Assembly: GCF_004010195.1 (NCBI RefSeq) | Contig: NC_057718.1 | Coordinates: forward strand, 36,806,600-36,870,599 | Direction: 5' to 3' | Source: Chiloscyllium plagiosum | Taxonomy: Eukaryota | Length of the DNA: 64,000 nt | Shown here: piece by piece, positions 25,201 to 38,120 of the stretch | How positions within the stretch are numbered: the stretch's first letter is position 1 | Layout: each line of letters opens with the position of its first letter | Notes under the pieces: generated by a model | What the model was told of the DNA's origin: nothing | Seen by the model: only the letters and a program-made list of their open reading frames with translations | Databases searched by the model: none | Position numbers and translations under genes: made by a program

Positions 25201-26830
25201 CATAACTTGCTTGAATACTTTTGATGTAAAATTTGACCCTTGATCTGATTGCATCTCTGTGGATAGTTTTTATCTAGTGAAAAATTTCAGTAACTCCTCC
25301 ACAATACTTTTAGCTGTGATATTACATAAAGCAATGGCCTCTGGAAATCTAGTGGACACACCCATTATTGTTAACAAATACTTCCCACTTTTCGTTTTAG
25401 ATAGGTGTCCTGCGCAATCAATTAAGACCCTTGTAAAAAGTTCCTCAAATGCAGGAATAGGCATTAAAGGTGCAGGTTTTATTATTGCCTGTGGTTTCCC
25501 AATTACCTGACATGTATGACTTGTCTGGCAAAATTCAATGACATCCTTGTGCGGTCCAGGCCAATCTTTTGTTTTTTGCTTGGGTTTTTCTTAACCCTAA
25601 ATGACCACCCACTGGTAGTTAATGTGCCACTGGCAACACGTCCTTTCTATAACCCACTGGCAATACAATTTGATGAACATCTGCCCATTTCTCATCTGCC
25701 TGAATATGTGATGGTCTCCATTTCCTTATTAAGACATCATTATTAAGATTAGTAGCATTCAGCGATACATTTGGATTCTTTTTCTGTGTATGCCTTTTGA
25801 TAAGATCCCTTTAAACTTCCATCCTTCTGCTGCAACTCAGTTAATTTATCTGAGCTAAAGATGTCTGCTTTGTCATCTATCTGCTCCTAGTTTGTGTCAA
25901 CCATCTGATCAAACAGGGTCTCTGTTAATTCCACTTCAACTTTCTTGTCAATACTTTTTGATCACTCCTGTTTCCACTGGTGAATTTGTGATCTCATTAT
26001 CACAGAGTGAGGAAAAATCCCACGATATATGTCCTGCAATAGTTCAGTTGGCTGAGTTTCCACTGGCATTTTAACCACAGTAGACAGTACTCCTACCTGT
26101 GAACCAACTATATCGTTAGCAAGGACAAATTGTATTCCTGGATCTGAGAGTTTGTCCAGTACTTCTACCACAACTTCTCCACTCTTCACTGGACACTCGA
26201 ACCTCACTTTACATAATTGAGTGCTTCTTGTCTCACTATGAATTCCCATTACTAGTACCTCTTTTGGCAATAGTCCTCAGCTTTCAACATCAAAGATTGA
26301 TACGATCCTATATCTCTTAATATTGTAACCTCTTTACCTGCTGCTCCTGGCCTATGCGATAGTCCCTCCTTAAATTCCTGAAATGTTGTTTGTAGGCTTC
26401 TGTCACAAGCTCCTATGCACTTAAATGGCTCTTCAGACGCCTCAGATACCTCCTCTGATAATGATGTGAATACCTCCCTACATCAACCGAAAAGTTTTAT
26501 TTGGATCAACAAAATCCACATGGTCACTGGCCACTGCATTTGTTTAGTCACCTTTTCAAATGAGATGAAAAAGGCTTCCACATCTTTCTCATCAAATTTA
26601 GGCAATGCGTGCACATATTTAAATAGATCCTCACCAGGCCTTTGGCTACTATGAGTTTGCTCACCCTCACTCTGTTCCTCACTAAACTTACCTGCAGCCT
26701 TCATTTCCATCCTTTTAAGCTGGCTTTCCTGTCTAAGTGCCAATATCTGAAGTTCAAATCTGAAGGACGTAACCATAAAGTGTATAAATACTACCCTCAT
26801 TTGTCTTTCCAAAATGCAGCATATCACATT
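22227..26830 (-). mobile_element. Second Gmr1-type Gypsy element (gag-PR-IN-RT-RNase H, 3' LTR 22227-22829), 5' LTR not visible
   Basis: TG...CA LTR followed by PPT cctccccc. Gag LPKFDEKDVEAFFISFEKV (26483-26827); integrase RVLIDCAG...TRFPEAI and QSDQGSNF...HPESQ..ERWHQ (24979-25464); RT SKLDLLRGYWQVP...MPFAMKNA (23781-23972); RNase H ~23000-23450. Confidence 0.92.
24709..24844 (+). mobile_element. Fold-back PLE pLTR mini-element inside the Gypsy element, 14-bp TSD
   Basis: TSD TACTTTTAAATGCT (24695-24708) / TACTTTGAAATGCT (24845-24858); ends ccagcatctgcagtcctcactttctcc. Confidence 0.88.
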
Positions 26831-27214
26831 TTTTTAAATTAAACATCAGCTGCCACTCCTCACCATGTTGGTCCATCTGATCAAGATCCCGTTGTATTCT
26901 GAGATAACCTTTTTTGCTGTCCACTACACCTCCAATTGTTTAAAGTTTTCTTTTGTGCGATGAGAGAACTGAGCACTTGCAATAATTACAGGCAGTGAAA
27001 AATACAAATGAATAACTGGACCAAGAGTTCTTGCATCCATTTTGCGCTAAGGCAAATGTAGGAAATTTGCCATTTGTCATTTGCTTCCCATTATAATAGG
27101 CCTGCTCAACTCACGTTGGAGGTGTTATACTTTAACATCCCTGTGGTGTGGTACAAATTACTTCAGGTTGTAGTATACTATATTGTTGCATTATGTATTT
27201 TTTTTGTTCAATTG

Positions 27215-27550
27215 GACATGGAATGAGTGAATTGCCTTATAAGGCAAGGCTAGACAGGCTAGGCCTGTATTGTCTGGAGTTCAGAAAGTCAGAGGTGACT
27301 TAATTTTAACATTTAAGAACCTGAGGAGACTTGACTAGGTGGCAGTGGAAAGAATGTTTATTCCTGTAAGAAGATCTAGAAAAAGGGGTCATAGTTTCAA
27401 AACAAAAGGGTGCTAATTTAAACAGACACAAGGTTACATTATTTTTCTCTCAGACAGTTGTGAGTCTTTCAACTCCTCTGCCTCAAAAGGCAGTGGATGC
27501 ATAATCTTTGAATATTTTTAAGGCGGGGCTAGATATATTGTTAAACAAAT
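27215..27550 (+). mobile_element. Degenerate CR1 3' fragment
   Basis: YKARLDRLGLYCLEFRK-like segment and CR1 3' sequence. Confidence 0.75.
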
Positions 27551-27552
27551 AT

Positions 27553-27655
27553 AGGAATTGCTGAAGAAACGCAGCAGGTCTGGCAGCGTCTGTGGACAGA
27601 AAGCAGAGTTAACATTTCAGGTTCAGTGACCCATCTTCAGAGAAGGGTCTGAAGG
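27553..27655 (-). mobile_element. PLE-like pLTR fragment (family of 56387-56592)
   Basis: gcagcaggtctggcagcgtctgtgg...gagttaacatttcaggttcagtgacccatcttcag matches the left arm of the 56387 element. Confidence 0.75.
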
Positions 27656-27714
27656 CTCTGAATGTTGTGGCAAATTATCCATCTCCATTTCCCCAATGCT
27701 TGTTCAACATCTAC

Positions 27715-28190
27715 AAGATAGGACCAATACTCAAGAAGCCAACAAACTTGACACCATCCAGGACAAATGAAGCTGCTTAATTGACCCCATCCACACTCTT
27801 AACATTCACTCCTTCACCACCAACTCACAAAAGCAGGAGTGTACATCATCTACAAGTTGCACTGCAGTAACTCATCAAGAATCCACTGACAGCATCATAA
27901 ACCACGCATGACCTCAACCAAACAGAAGGATAAGGACAGCAGATGCATAGGAATGTCACCACCTGCAAATTTCTCTTCAAGCCTTTTGCCTTCCAGACTT
28001 TGGACTCCATTGACTTTCCTTTACTGTTGCAGGGTAAATATCCTCGAAGTCCATCCCTAACAGATGTTAGTAGTATAACAGTAGTAGATAACAGTAGTAT
28101 AGGTCTGCCTATACTACAAAGACTCCAGTAGTTTACAAAGGCAGCTCACCACCACCTTTTCCAGAGCATTTAAATGCTGGCCAACACTAT
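27715..28190 (+). mobile_element. CR1/L2-group LINE 3' fragment
   Basis: Similar to 15560-16060. Confidence 0.7.
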
Positions 28191-28299
28191 ATCTCCTTGG
28201 TTGTTGAATAAATCTTTCTGAAAAGCCTCCATGGGCGGTGAATGTGAACATAAGCTAAACAACTTTGTTTATGAGCTCCCCATCTGAAAAATCACACAA

Positions 28300-29260
28300 T
28301 AGAACATAAAACAATACAACACAAGAACGTGCCCTTCTGCCCACCATATTGTGCTGAACATGACACCAAATTAAGCTAATCCCTTCTGCCTACTCTTGGT
28401 CCATTTCCTCCCATTCCTTGCATATTCATGTGCTTATCTAAAAGTCCCTTAAATGCCCCGATTGTATCTGCCCCCCTCACTACCCCGGTAACACGTTCCA
28501 GACTCTTACCACTCTCTGTGTAAAAAAACTTACTCCTCACATCTCATTTGAACTTTTCCCCTGTCACCTTAAATGCATGCCCTCTGGTATTAGACATTTC
28601 AACGATGGGAAAATGATTCTAACTGTCAACCCTATCTATTCATCTCACAATATTATAGATTTCTATCAAATCTCACCTCAGCCTCCACTGCTCTAGAGAA
28701 AACAACCCGAGCTTTTCTAGCCTCTCCTTATAACTCAGAATCTCTAATCCCGGCAGCATGCTGCTAAACCTCTTCTGCACCTTCTTCAAAGCCTCCATAT
28801 CCTATCAGTTTGTGGCAACCAGAATTGAATGCAATATTCTAAGTGTGGCCTTACCAAAGTCTTATAAAGCTGCAACGTGGCGTCCCGACTCTTGTACTCA
28901 ATTCTCCAACCAAGGCAAGCATGCCATATGCCTTCTTTACCACCACATCTACTTGTGTGGCCACTTTCAGAGAGCTATGGGTTTGAACACCTAAATCCCT
29001 CTGCATGTCAATGCTGCCATTTACAGTATACGTTTCCTTAAATATTTGATCTCCCAAGTGCAGCACGTCACACTTACCCAAATTAAACTCCATCTGTCAT
29101 TTCTCTACCCATACCTGTAACTGATCTATATCCTGCTGTGTCCTTTGACAACCTTCTATAGAATCCACATGTCCACTGGTCTTTGCATCATCTGCAAATT
29201 TACTAACCCAACCATCTATAATTTCATCCAAATCATTTACATATATCACAAACAATAGTG
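28300..29260 (-). mobile_element. CR1 LINE 3' part
   Basis: LLFVIYVNDLDE...VSKFADDAK, MEFNLGKCDVLHLG and QRDLGVQ motifs; (agaacat)n-like tail at 28300. Confidence 0.92.
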
Positions 29261-29440
29261 ATACATTTTCCCTGCATCTGGTTACTAAGTGCCCCATTGA
29301 TTCTGTAAGATTCTGACTGAATACCTGAATTCAAATTGATGAAAATGGAAGTTTAATCAAACTCTACATTGGTCTTCTAGTATGGTTCAAAGCTTTTGAG
29401 GATCCTTTAGCTCATTGGCTATTAATCCTGACATGTTAAA

Positions 29441-29758
29441 TAGATTAGATTACTTACAGTGTGGAAACAGTCCCTTCGGCCCAACAAGTCCACACCGGCC
29501 CTCCGAAGAGCAACCCACCCAGACCCATTCCCCTACATTTACCCATTCACCTGACACTACAGGCAACTTAGCACGGCCAATTCACCTAACCTGCCCATCT
29601 TTGGACTGTGAGAGGAAACCAGAACACCCGGAGGAAACCCACGCAGACACGGGGAGAATGTGCAAACTTCACACAGACAATTGCCCGAGGTGGGAATTGA
29701 ACCCACGTCTCCGGTGCGATGAGGCAGCAGTGCTAACCACTGTGCCACTGTGCCGCCC
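29441..29758 (-). mobile_element. HE1-type V-SINE, full length and relatively young (CpG-rich)
   Basis: Reverse complement gggcggcacagtggcacagtggttagcactgct...ggttcaattcc (A/B boxes), V core, tail ...gtaagtaatctaatcta. Confidence 0.92.
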
Positions 29759-30954
29759 ACTGTAGGTGTAGACCTTAGTTCATAATTGCGGAACAAATAT
29801 TAAAGGCTTGTCTTGCTGCATCAACTATACCCAATTCTAAAAACCGTAGTTTTGAACGGTGTTTGAATATTTTACATTCTTTTAGGCCTGCTGAGTCCCA
29901 GTTGAAATGACAAAGTTTTGTGCACATCCTGACTATAGACCTTTGACCTTCCCATGCTTGCTGTTGATCCAGCTCACACCCTGATCATTTACCTTTCATA
30001 AGTGAATTAAATTGGCTTCTCACAAAGGATTTGTCTTCTTCATGTTAGTTTTGTTTTCAACATACTTTGATGCTGTAATAAACGAAGACATTGACAGTTG
30101 ACTCATGAAGGTTAGCACCACTGAATACTATTATCCTTGCACTTCAAATTAACTTGCTTTTAAACTATTCAAGCACAATAAGTCTCATCAGCACAATGTT
30201 TCCCACCAGTGTTCACCATGTCATATCGATAATGGTATAATGAACAACCACTCGTCTTAGTGTGTTAGTTTACTTAAAGCATTAAAATGCACACAATTTG
30301 TGAAACATATATTACAGAAAACCAACCAATCTTTCTACATGTGCAGCTTATAGATCGACAGTAGGTTAACTGCCAGGCAGGGTCATGTGCACTCAGCACA
30401 TAATGTCCTTAATGGTGAACCTTAAATGCAAAATATAAGTAATACATAATCCAGAAGAAAATGAATTAAAGGTCAATGAAAAGTGACAGGCAATATTCCT
30501 GCATATAAGAAAGCAAATATTAGCAATTCTCTTGTTTAAGTAATGGAGTTTGTATAGACCTTAATTTAATCAAGAAAATAGATAAAGTTAAGCAGCAAGA
30601 ATGTACAAGTCACTTCAAAAAAGCTTTTCTCTAATTGTCTACTAATTTAGGAAGATAGTAGATTAGGTATAATTTTGCAAAAAAAAATGCAAAGAATGTT
30701 TTAGTCTGAGGAAGATATAGTTCCCACTTATTACACAAATTCAATATCAGTTAAAAGAAGTGACCAAGATAGGAATCATTTCTCCTCTCATTAAGCTGAC
30801 AGAGTGTTATTCTAAAATGGTTCCAGTCTCTAATCTTGACAGAACTAAACCAAACAGTACCTTTCACAATTGTATAGATTTAACATAATAACCTGTAGCA
30901 AGAGACTTCATCTGATGTCTTAAGTAGGTGAAAACGTATGAAAGTTGTCCAATC

Positions 30955-31368
30955 AGTTATGAGGATTGATTGAAGAAATTGGAGCTGTCCTGCTTGGACA
31001 GAACAAGGCTGAGGGGAGGTTGATAAAGATTTTCAAAATCATGAGCAGGCTGAATAGAGTAGATAGGGAGAAACTGTTCCCATTCAAAAGAAAGAAGGAA
31101 AATGGGCTAAACTAAAAGTGATGTGTAAATAACGCAAGCAATGTGAGAAAATACCTTTCTCATACATCGAGTAGTTAGGTTACGTAATGCCCTGCACCAA
31201 TATTTGGTAGAGGCAGGTTCAATTGAGGTATTCAAGAGAGAACTGGATGATTATTTTGCTAGAAAAGGTCAGACAGCACCCGAAGAGCAAAAACAATCAG
31301 TGTTTTGGGCAAGAGCCCTTCAAGGCTGAATGGCCTCCTTTTGTGCCATAACAATTCTGTGATTCTGA
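30955..31368 (+). mobile_element. Degenerate CR1 3' end containing a ~60-bp antisense PLE pLTR fragment (~31262-31322)
   Basis: RLRGGLIKIFKIM motif; tail ggctgaatggcctcc...gattctg; insert ggtcagacagca...gggcaagagcccttca. Confidence 0.75.
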
Positions 31369-33330
31369 AGTATCATATTCACTAAGCTGTGTGAGAACAG
31401 CAGCTTTTGGAAAAGCACTTGTGCATGAGAAGTCAAAATTACAGACAAAATGTAGCACTTTTTTTGGAAGACCTTATTGTAATAATTTAACATTTAGCAC
31501 CTGAGATTTTCCAAAGAACATCATTTAATGTTCCATAAGGTCTTAAAGGCGTGAGATGGGTCTTAAAGGAGTGAGATGCCATATGACATCATCTTAGTCC
31601 ACTGTGAATCACAGCTCATGACATGAGGGTTAGACCATTTTTGAACCAGCTACAAGGAAAAGGCCTGACACTTAACAATAAATGTGAATTCCCAAAATAT
31701 ATATCCTCGGGCATATTACTAGTAGCAAGGGCATAATGTCAGATCTGAGGCAAGAGACAAGAGCTATTAGTGAATTTTTTTGCCCAAGATCTACAAGGAT
31801 TCCTTGGATTGGCTAATCAGCTGGTAAACTTTCTGCATTATCTACTGCAACTTGTTGAATCCTTAAAACAACTACAAGCATAATCTTGCACATCAAGAAT
31901 AGGCAAGTATAAAGGAAATATTTTAGTACTGTACGTGCATTGACCTGCACAATCCTCACTAAACTCTGCAGAGATGCTGGCCTTTTCATTAATAGACTCT
32001 CAGCCTTGGTTTTCCCTCACCAGTTCTGTAATATGCTCCTTAGCTGAGGGGAGGGGTCAAGGTTTGGGACCCCCTCTTTCATTCTTCTTTCACTCATGCC
32101 AGTTGTCAGCTGTTTTCTCCTGCAGGCAAACTGAAAGATTGGGTGCTATCCTAAAGAGTCCATATCTGCTAAATGAGCTTACATGTCTATGATCTGTGTC
32201 CTTCTGTACACACTCTGCTAAATGTTCGACATACACTGTCCTGCTACTGGTGCAACTTGCAGAGCATGACGTATTGCTCACGTTTAGTCTACTTTTCACA
32301 TGGTGCTGAGATCTGCCTTCCTAGCTTCTGTCCGACATCCTTCATGTACCTTCACTGCTTATTTCCTTTATGAGTGCCAGTTTGCAGTGAAAACTAGGTA
32401 CCAGCTTTCCAGCACAGGAGAACATTTAGTCCTCTTCCTGCACTGCCCAAGGATCTTCTGCAGAACTCACAATTGTTGAGGTACTGCCATCTCCATCCAG
32501 GACACCCTTAGTCAGGCAGGAGAGCTTTGATTTGCCAACCATGGAAAACAGGTCCTCTGTCCTGTCCTCAACAGCCGGAAGGGGCACAAGTGAAGTATCA
32601 CCAAACCACAAGGCCACTCCCCAATCTGCGGTATGACTTTCCACTTGACAGGAAGGAAGAGACAAGTAACAGGAGGTTATGGAATCCAAAAGTTGGGCAT
32701 GTGAAGATAACATCTGCAGAACCAAACACAACATACATTCAAACAGACACCTGGTTTGCTGTGGATGAATATCATTGGGTGCAGTTTAAATAAAGCATCT
32801 GAACTGTTGACCTTGCCAGGCTCCCTGTGCCTGTGCCTCAAATTTACTGATCATCCCCTAATCGCACAAGAAAAGCCATCCTTCTCACAAGTGAAAGTGA
32901 TGCTAATGTTCAGTCCCACCACCAAACGATTACTCCAGACACATGATTCACTCCTGGATTAGTGGTGCTGGAAGAGCACAGCAGTTCAGGCAGCATCCAA
33001 GGAGCTTCGAAATCGACGTTTCGCCATGACCAGGGCCTCCAAGCCCTCCATTCTTTCCTCTCCAGACGTCCCCAACAAACGGAAGTCATGGAGGAGGTGG
33101 AGGGCATGGGTGGTGTCTTGAATGTATGTGGGAAGTTCCTAGACTGGGGGGATAGGACAGTGTCGAGGTAGGTAGAGTTACTTTCTCCCTACACCCATCC
33201 CCCTCTCATTTATCTCTCCACTTTTCAGGCACCCTGCCTCTATTCCTGATGAAGGGTTTTTGCTCGAAACGTCAATTTTCCTGCTCCTCGGATGCTGCCT
33301 GACCTGCTGTGCTTTTCCAGCACCATTCTA

Positions 33331-34161
33331 ATTCATATTTCCGAGCCAACTGGTCAAAGGACATCAATACGTCCTCTGCGAATAAATCACCCAGGCAAGG
33401 CATGCCCCTAGCAGCCCATAATTTAAACACAGAATCCATCATCCCTGGTTGAAAACCCAGCATACCAATTATGGGTGTCAAAAATGACATTTTGGCAATA
33501 TTGCCCTCATCTTGACGCATTGTCCTCCACGCCTTCATAGTATTGATGACTATTGTTCTCATTTTGTCTAAGAACAGCAGGCTAATAAGGGGTCATCTTG
33601 CCTGAGATACTTCAATGTCCAATCAAAGTGAGTGAGGGACGCCCCTGGGCCCAATCATTCACGTAAGGTAGCAACGAGATTAACTGATTGTTTTTGATAT
33701 CTTGAAGTCCCAGTCTGTAAGGTAATGGCAATTTAGTCAATTTAATTAGGGTCCGCTTGCTATACCAGATAAAAGAACTAAACCAAACGTTCAGTCTTTT
33801 AAATATTTGCTTAGTAAAAAGCAGAGGAAGCATTCTCATAGGATACAACAGGTAGGGCAGAATGTTCATTTTAACGAGGACTATCCAACCTAACCACGAG
33901 ATTGGAAGCACCTCCCATCTACGAAGGTCCTGCTTGATTCTGCCGAATAAATGGACAAAATTGGATTAAAATAGCTGAACAAAAATGGGAATAACAAATA
34001 TACCTAAGAGGACAAAGCCCTCCTGCGACCATCTAAAAGGGAACCGAGTTCCACTCTCAGGATCAGGCTTTCTCGGGAGACCACCCATGGGCACGGCCTC
34101 TGACTTCGCAAAATTAATCTTATAACTCGAGAAGCCACCAAATAAACTGATTCATTGTATG
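33331..34161 (-). mobile_element. Internal L1-clade ORF2 fragment (post-RT region)
   Basis: SYKINFAKSE, WEVLPISWLGWIVLVKMNILPYLLY and FSSFIW motifs; no L1 3' end or poly(A). Confidence 0.85.
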
Positions 34162-34418
34162 AGATAAAAACAATGACTGCAGATGCTGGAAACCAGATTC
34201 TGGATTAGTGGTGCTGGAAGAGCACAGCAGTTCAGGCAGCATCCAAGGAGCAGGAAAATCGACGTTTGCTTCAGGATTACTGCCTTTATTCCTGATGAAG
34301 GGCTTTTGCCCGAAACGTCGATTTCGATGCTCCTTGGATGCTGCCTGAATTGCTGTGCTCTTCCAGCACCACTAATCCAGAATCTGGTTTCCAGCATCTG
34401 CAGTCATTGTTTTTATCT
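34162..34418. repeat. Near-perfect inverted repeat of a PLE pLTR (arms 34162-34267 and 34313-34418, 106 bp each)
   Basis: The ORF track shows the same peptide MLETRFWISGAGRAQQFRQHPRS on both strands. Confidence 0.97.
34288..34323 (+). ncRNA. Minimal hammerhead-ribozyme-like motif
   Basis: CTGATGA (34292-34298), A, GGGC-tttt-GCCC, GAAA (34312-34315), CGTC. Confidence 0.65.
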
Positions 34419-35369
34419 ACATGATTCACTCCGTTCAAATATGATCAGTATTTCTAGTTACATTTTTAAAAAACCTTTCCCAGATTCATTGAACTATACT
34501 CTAATCTACAGCAGCAAATGTCTGCAAGAATGAATCAAATAAACAGTCAAGGAAATAAATTTTGACCAAAGATTTAGCATCATCCAGGAATTAGCACAAA
34601 TCACACCAGGTCAGAAGTGCAGAAGGAATTTTTTTCATGCTTAGAATACTGTGTCAGTGTGAAACTAAACACAACAAAGTTCAGAGGCAGGCTGAAAACA
34701 CCAGAAGTTACAAATAAAAGCTAAAGGGATATATATCAAAATATGCAAAGAAATTCCTCAACTACCTGAGAAAAGCTTTGAAAGAAGATAGCAGAAGTTA
34801 TGATTCACAACTCTGATGCTCTTAGAGATTGAACATGGAAAATGTGGAGATTTCCTGTTCATTATCAGAGCGTTGGTCAATTAGATTGTACCCTGAAAAT
34901 TCCAGAAATTTTCAATGTCATCACACACAGATTAAGTGAGTCGCAGTGCCTGCCGAAAACTGGTTATGAAATTAATTCCTTAAGATAGCTGAGATCACAA
35001 GATTTAATTCAGATCAATTTTGTTCCAATTGATATGTGATGCAACTGGTGATACCAAACCTCACTTTGCCAATGTGAGCTAAATCACAATGCATATATGT
35101 TGACATTGAAGTTAGGTTGATATTTTTCTCATCCAATATTAGGAATTTAACACTATTGGATTAACTGAATAACCATCAGACAAGAATACTGGGTAATTTC
35201 TTTCCTCTTCCTTGCATGGGATTACTGAGGCCATCTGTGATATCTCTTCTTGTCATTGAGATTAGCTAAACCAGTTTGGTGTGCAAATCGGGATCTACAT
35301 TGCTTTCAGCAGAGCACTAAGAAATATATTGACCATCTTGGGCAAAGCTACCAGGGCACAGTTTGTGCT

Positions 35370-35850
35370 TTCCTTCTTTTGCTCATTCAGGAGATGCTGG
35401 GCCAGTATTTATTGCTCATCTATAATTGCCCTTGAGAAGCTGGTGGTAGATTGCCTTATTGAACTGCTGCAATCAATTTGGTGTAGGTACATCTACAAGG
35501 CTGTTAGGGAGGGAGCTCCAGGGTTTTGGCACAGCAACAATGAATGATTGGGAATGGTTTGCAGGGGAATGTGTAGGTGATTTTGCTCCCAAATATCTGC
35601 TCCCCTTATCTGTCATATGAGTGCAGTCACGGGTTTGGAATGTCTAAGGAGCCTTGTTGAATTTCTGTCATGCAGCTTGTAGATGGTACATACTGCTGCT
35701 ACTGAACGTATCTGGTGAAGGGAGTCAGTGTCTATGGATGTGCTTCCAATTAGGCATTCCTTTGTCCTGGGTAATGCCTAGCTTCTTTTGAGTGTTGTAG
35801 GAACTGTACTCATCCAAACAAGTGGGACTTATTCCATCATACTCCATCAT
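35370..35850 (-). mobile_element. CR1/L2-group LINE 3' fragment
   Basis: Reverse complement of the family at 15560-16068 (atttattgctcatc...ttgagaag). Confidence 0.75.
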
Positions 35851-38120
35851 ACTGCATACTCCTAATTTGTGATGAGAATGCTTCCCTAAATATGAAACCC
35901 ATTCAGCTTGTTCCCTCATGGATGCATTACAGCAAATTCTGCCATTGCTCAAAGTCCAGTACCTAGATTCAAGCTTCTTCATTTGGTAACATTTCCTGCA
36001 GATGTGTTTGTCTAGGACATATGGTGCCTCCATTACTTCAACATGCTATAAGATTCTCCTCAGCTGAGCTGCCTCTCATACCTTATCTTTACAAACTGTT
36101 TATTTTGTGTAAAATAATACAGTGCCAGAGGCTAGAGTCGAATCACAGTGAGTTTGGTGAGTAAAGGAGTTCATTAAGCAAGGGAAGGACATGCATTTTA
36201 TATTTTTATTTTCTTATCTTTGTCAGTCTCCAGGAAGCCAGGAGTTTTAAAGCTGCACAAGGTCAAAGTAATGGAAAACACTAAAGACCAACAAGTCTCT
36301 GGACCTGATGGGATGCATCCTGAAACATTAAAGGATGTAGTTAAAGAGACAGTGGATACACTCATTGTAATGTTTCAAAAGTTGTTGATTTCTGAAAAAT
36401 CCAAGAAGGTTGGAAAGCTGCCAATGTAGCACCTTTATTTGTAAAAGGAAGGTGACAAAAAGAAACAGGTAATTATAGGCCAGGTAGTTTAACATCTGTT
36501 GTTTGGAAAACGTCAGCATACTTTTTAAAGGATATAATAACAGAACATTTCGAGATGTACAATATGATCAAGCAGAGTCAGCATGGTTTCATGAAGGGGA
36601 AATTATACCTTCCAAATTTACTGGAATTCTTTGAGAGGGTAATAAGCAGGACAAACAAAGAGCAAGCAGTGGATTTAATATATTTATATTTCCAGGAGGC
36701 ATTTCAGAAGGTGTCACACATTAGGCAACTTAATAACATAACAGCTCATGGTATTGGAGGTAATAGCATGGGTAGAGGATTGGTTAAATAATTGAAGACA
36801 GAGTAGTGGTATGAGCGGGGCATTTTCAGAATGGCAATCTGTAACTAATGGAGTGCCACAGGGATTTATTAATTTTTCTGTTGCCTATTGTTGGTTTTAT
36901 TAAACTTTCCCAATCTTCTGTCTTACCAAATTGTATGTTTTATTCTTTCAATCTGATAATGTCCTTAACTTATCATTAATCACGATTAGTTGGTTAATTT
37001 CATAGAATCCTTCTTTGTCACAGAAATATATCTTTGCCATGAGCCATGAACTATTTTCTTAAATATCTGCCTTGTTCCTCAACCACCTTTGCTGCTAGAC
37101 TCTTTCCCTAGTTCACTCCAGCTAGTTCTGCCCTTCAGTTTACTTCAGTTGCTTTCAATCTAAGTTTCTCCCTCTCACACATCAACAGAACATTCAGGGA
37201 TGTGGTTGCACCACATGTTAAGGACTCACACTCATATAAGGAATGTGTGACAGCCAGACACACCAAGAGAACTGGGCAGATAGTGCGGGAATCCCCTGAG
37301 TTCTGGCTTAAGAACTTGTTTTCCATTCTGGATACTCAGAGGAGTGCAGCAAATGCTAGGTTCATGACGCCAGTGGTGGGCCAAATATATAGGAGGGAAA
37401 GAAGAGGAACAGTGGTGATGGAGGATTCATTAATTAGAAAAACAGACAGACATTTTACGACTTTAGATGAGACTCCTGGATGTACGTTGCCTCCCTGGTG
37501 CCACGGTCAAAGATGTCACAGAGTGGCTGCAGAACATTTTTCTGAGGAGAGTGATCAGCCAGAGGTTGTGGTTCATGTTGGACCAGAGATACAGGTAGGA
37601 AGCATGATATGATCCTATAGTCAGAATATTAGGGAGCTGGGTAAAAACAATAACAAGCAGAAACTTAAAAGTAGAAACCTTCATATTACTCCCAGTTTAA
37701 AATAAGATACATGTATGGCTAGAATGCAGGAGAGAAGCCTTTAAATTTTTGGGGACACTGGGACTGACTCTGAAGGGCATAGCACCCTGTACGAGCCTGA
37801 CGAGTTGCATCAGAATAAAGCTGGTATTGAGTTCTTTGTGGAACATTAAGCTAACTTTTCAGTGTTACGTAAACAAGAAAAGAAAATTAGAAGGTAACAC
37901 CAAGGTGCGTACAATACTAGGAGATACATATCGCACTAGAACTGAGAATAACAAATTAGTAGCTTGAGCCAGAATTACGGAGAAATGAAAATTTGAGAAA
38001 TCAGTGTTATCCTGTGATTGCGTGGAGTATACTAAAATAGGATTGATAAATTACATGCACAGATTGCTACATGGAATTATGATGTTGTGGCAGTAACAGA
38101 GGCTGGCTGAAGGAACATTC
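35850..38120. mobile_element. Cluster of CR1 pieces in mixed orientation: ORF1 N-terminus (-, ~35850-36060), RT (+, ~36240-36865), pre-RT linker (-, ~36865-37190), ORF1 esterase and APE start (+, ~37195-38120)
   Basis: HICRKCYQMKKLESR; SGPDGMHP, QSQHGFMKGK, NLLEFFE; VVMEDSLIRKTDR...QPEVVVHVG; YDVVAVTE. Confidence 0.75.

Larger units (their letters stand above)
32955..34418 (+). mobile_element. Composite PLE-bounded insertion (pLTR pieces, PLE RT scraps, L1 fragment, terminal hairpin) with 14-bp TSD
   Basis: ACATGATTCACTCC at 32941-32954 and 34419-34432. Confidence 0.88.

Noticed and set aside
29690..29758. tRNA gene
   Set aside because: It is the tRNA-derived head of an HE1-type SINE and continues into SINE core and tail.
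32426..32793. Overlapping ~90-100 aa ORFs as host exons
   Set aside because: No recognisable domain or convincing splice pair; possibly an old transposon remnant.
34152..34533. Two ORFs with identical N-termini on opposite strands
   Set aside because: A consequence of the inverted repeat, not genes.
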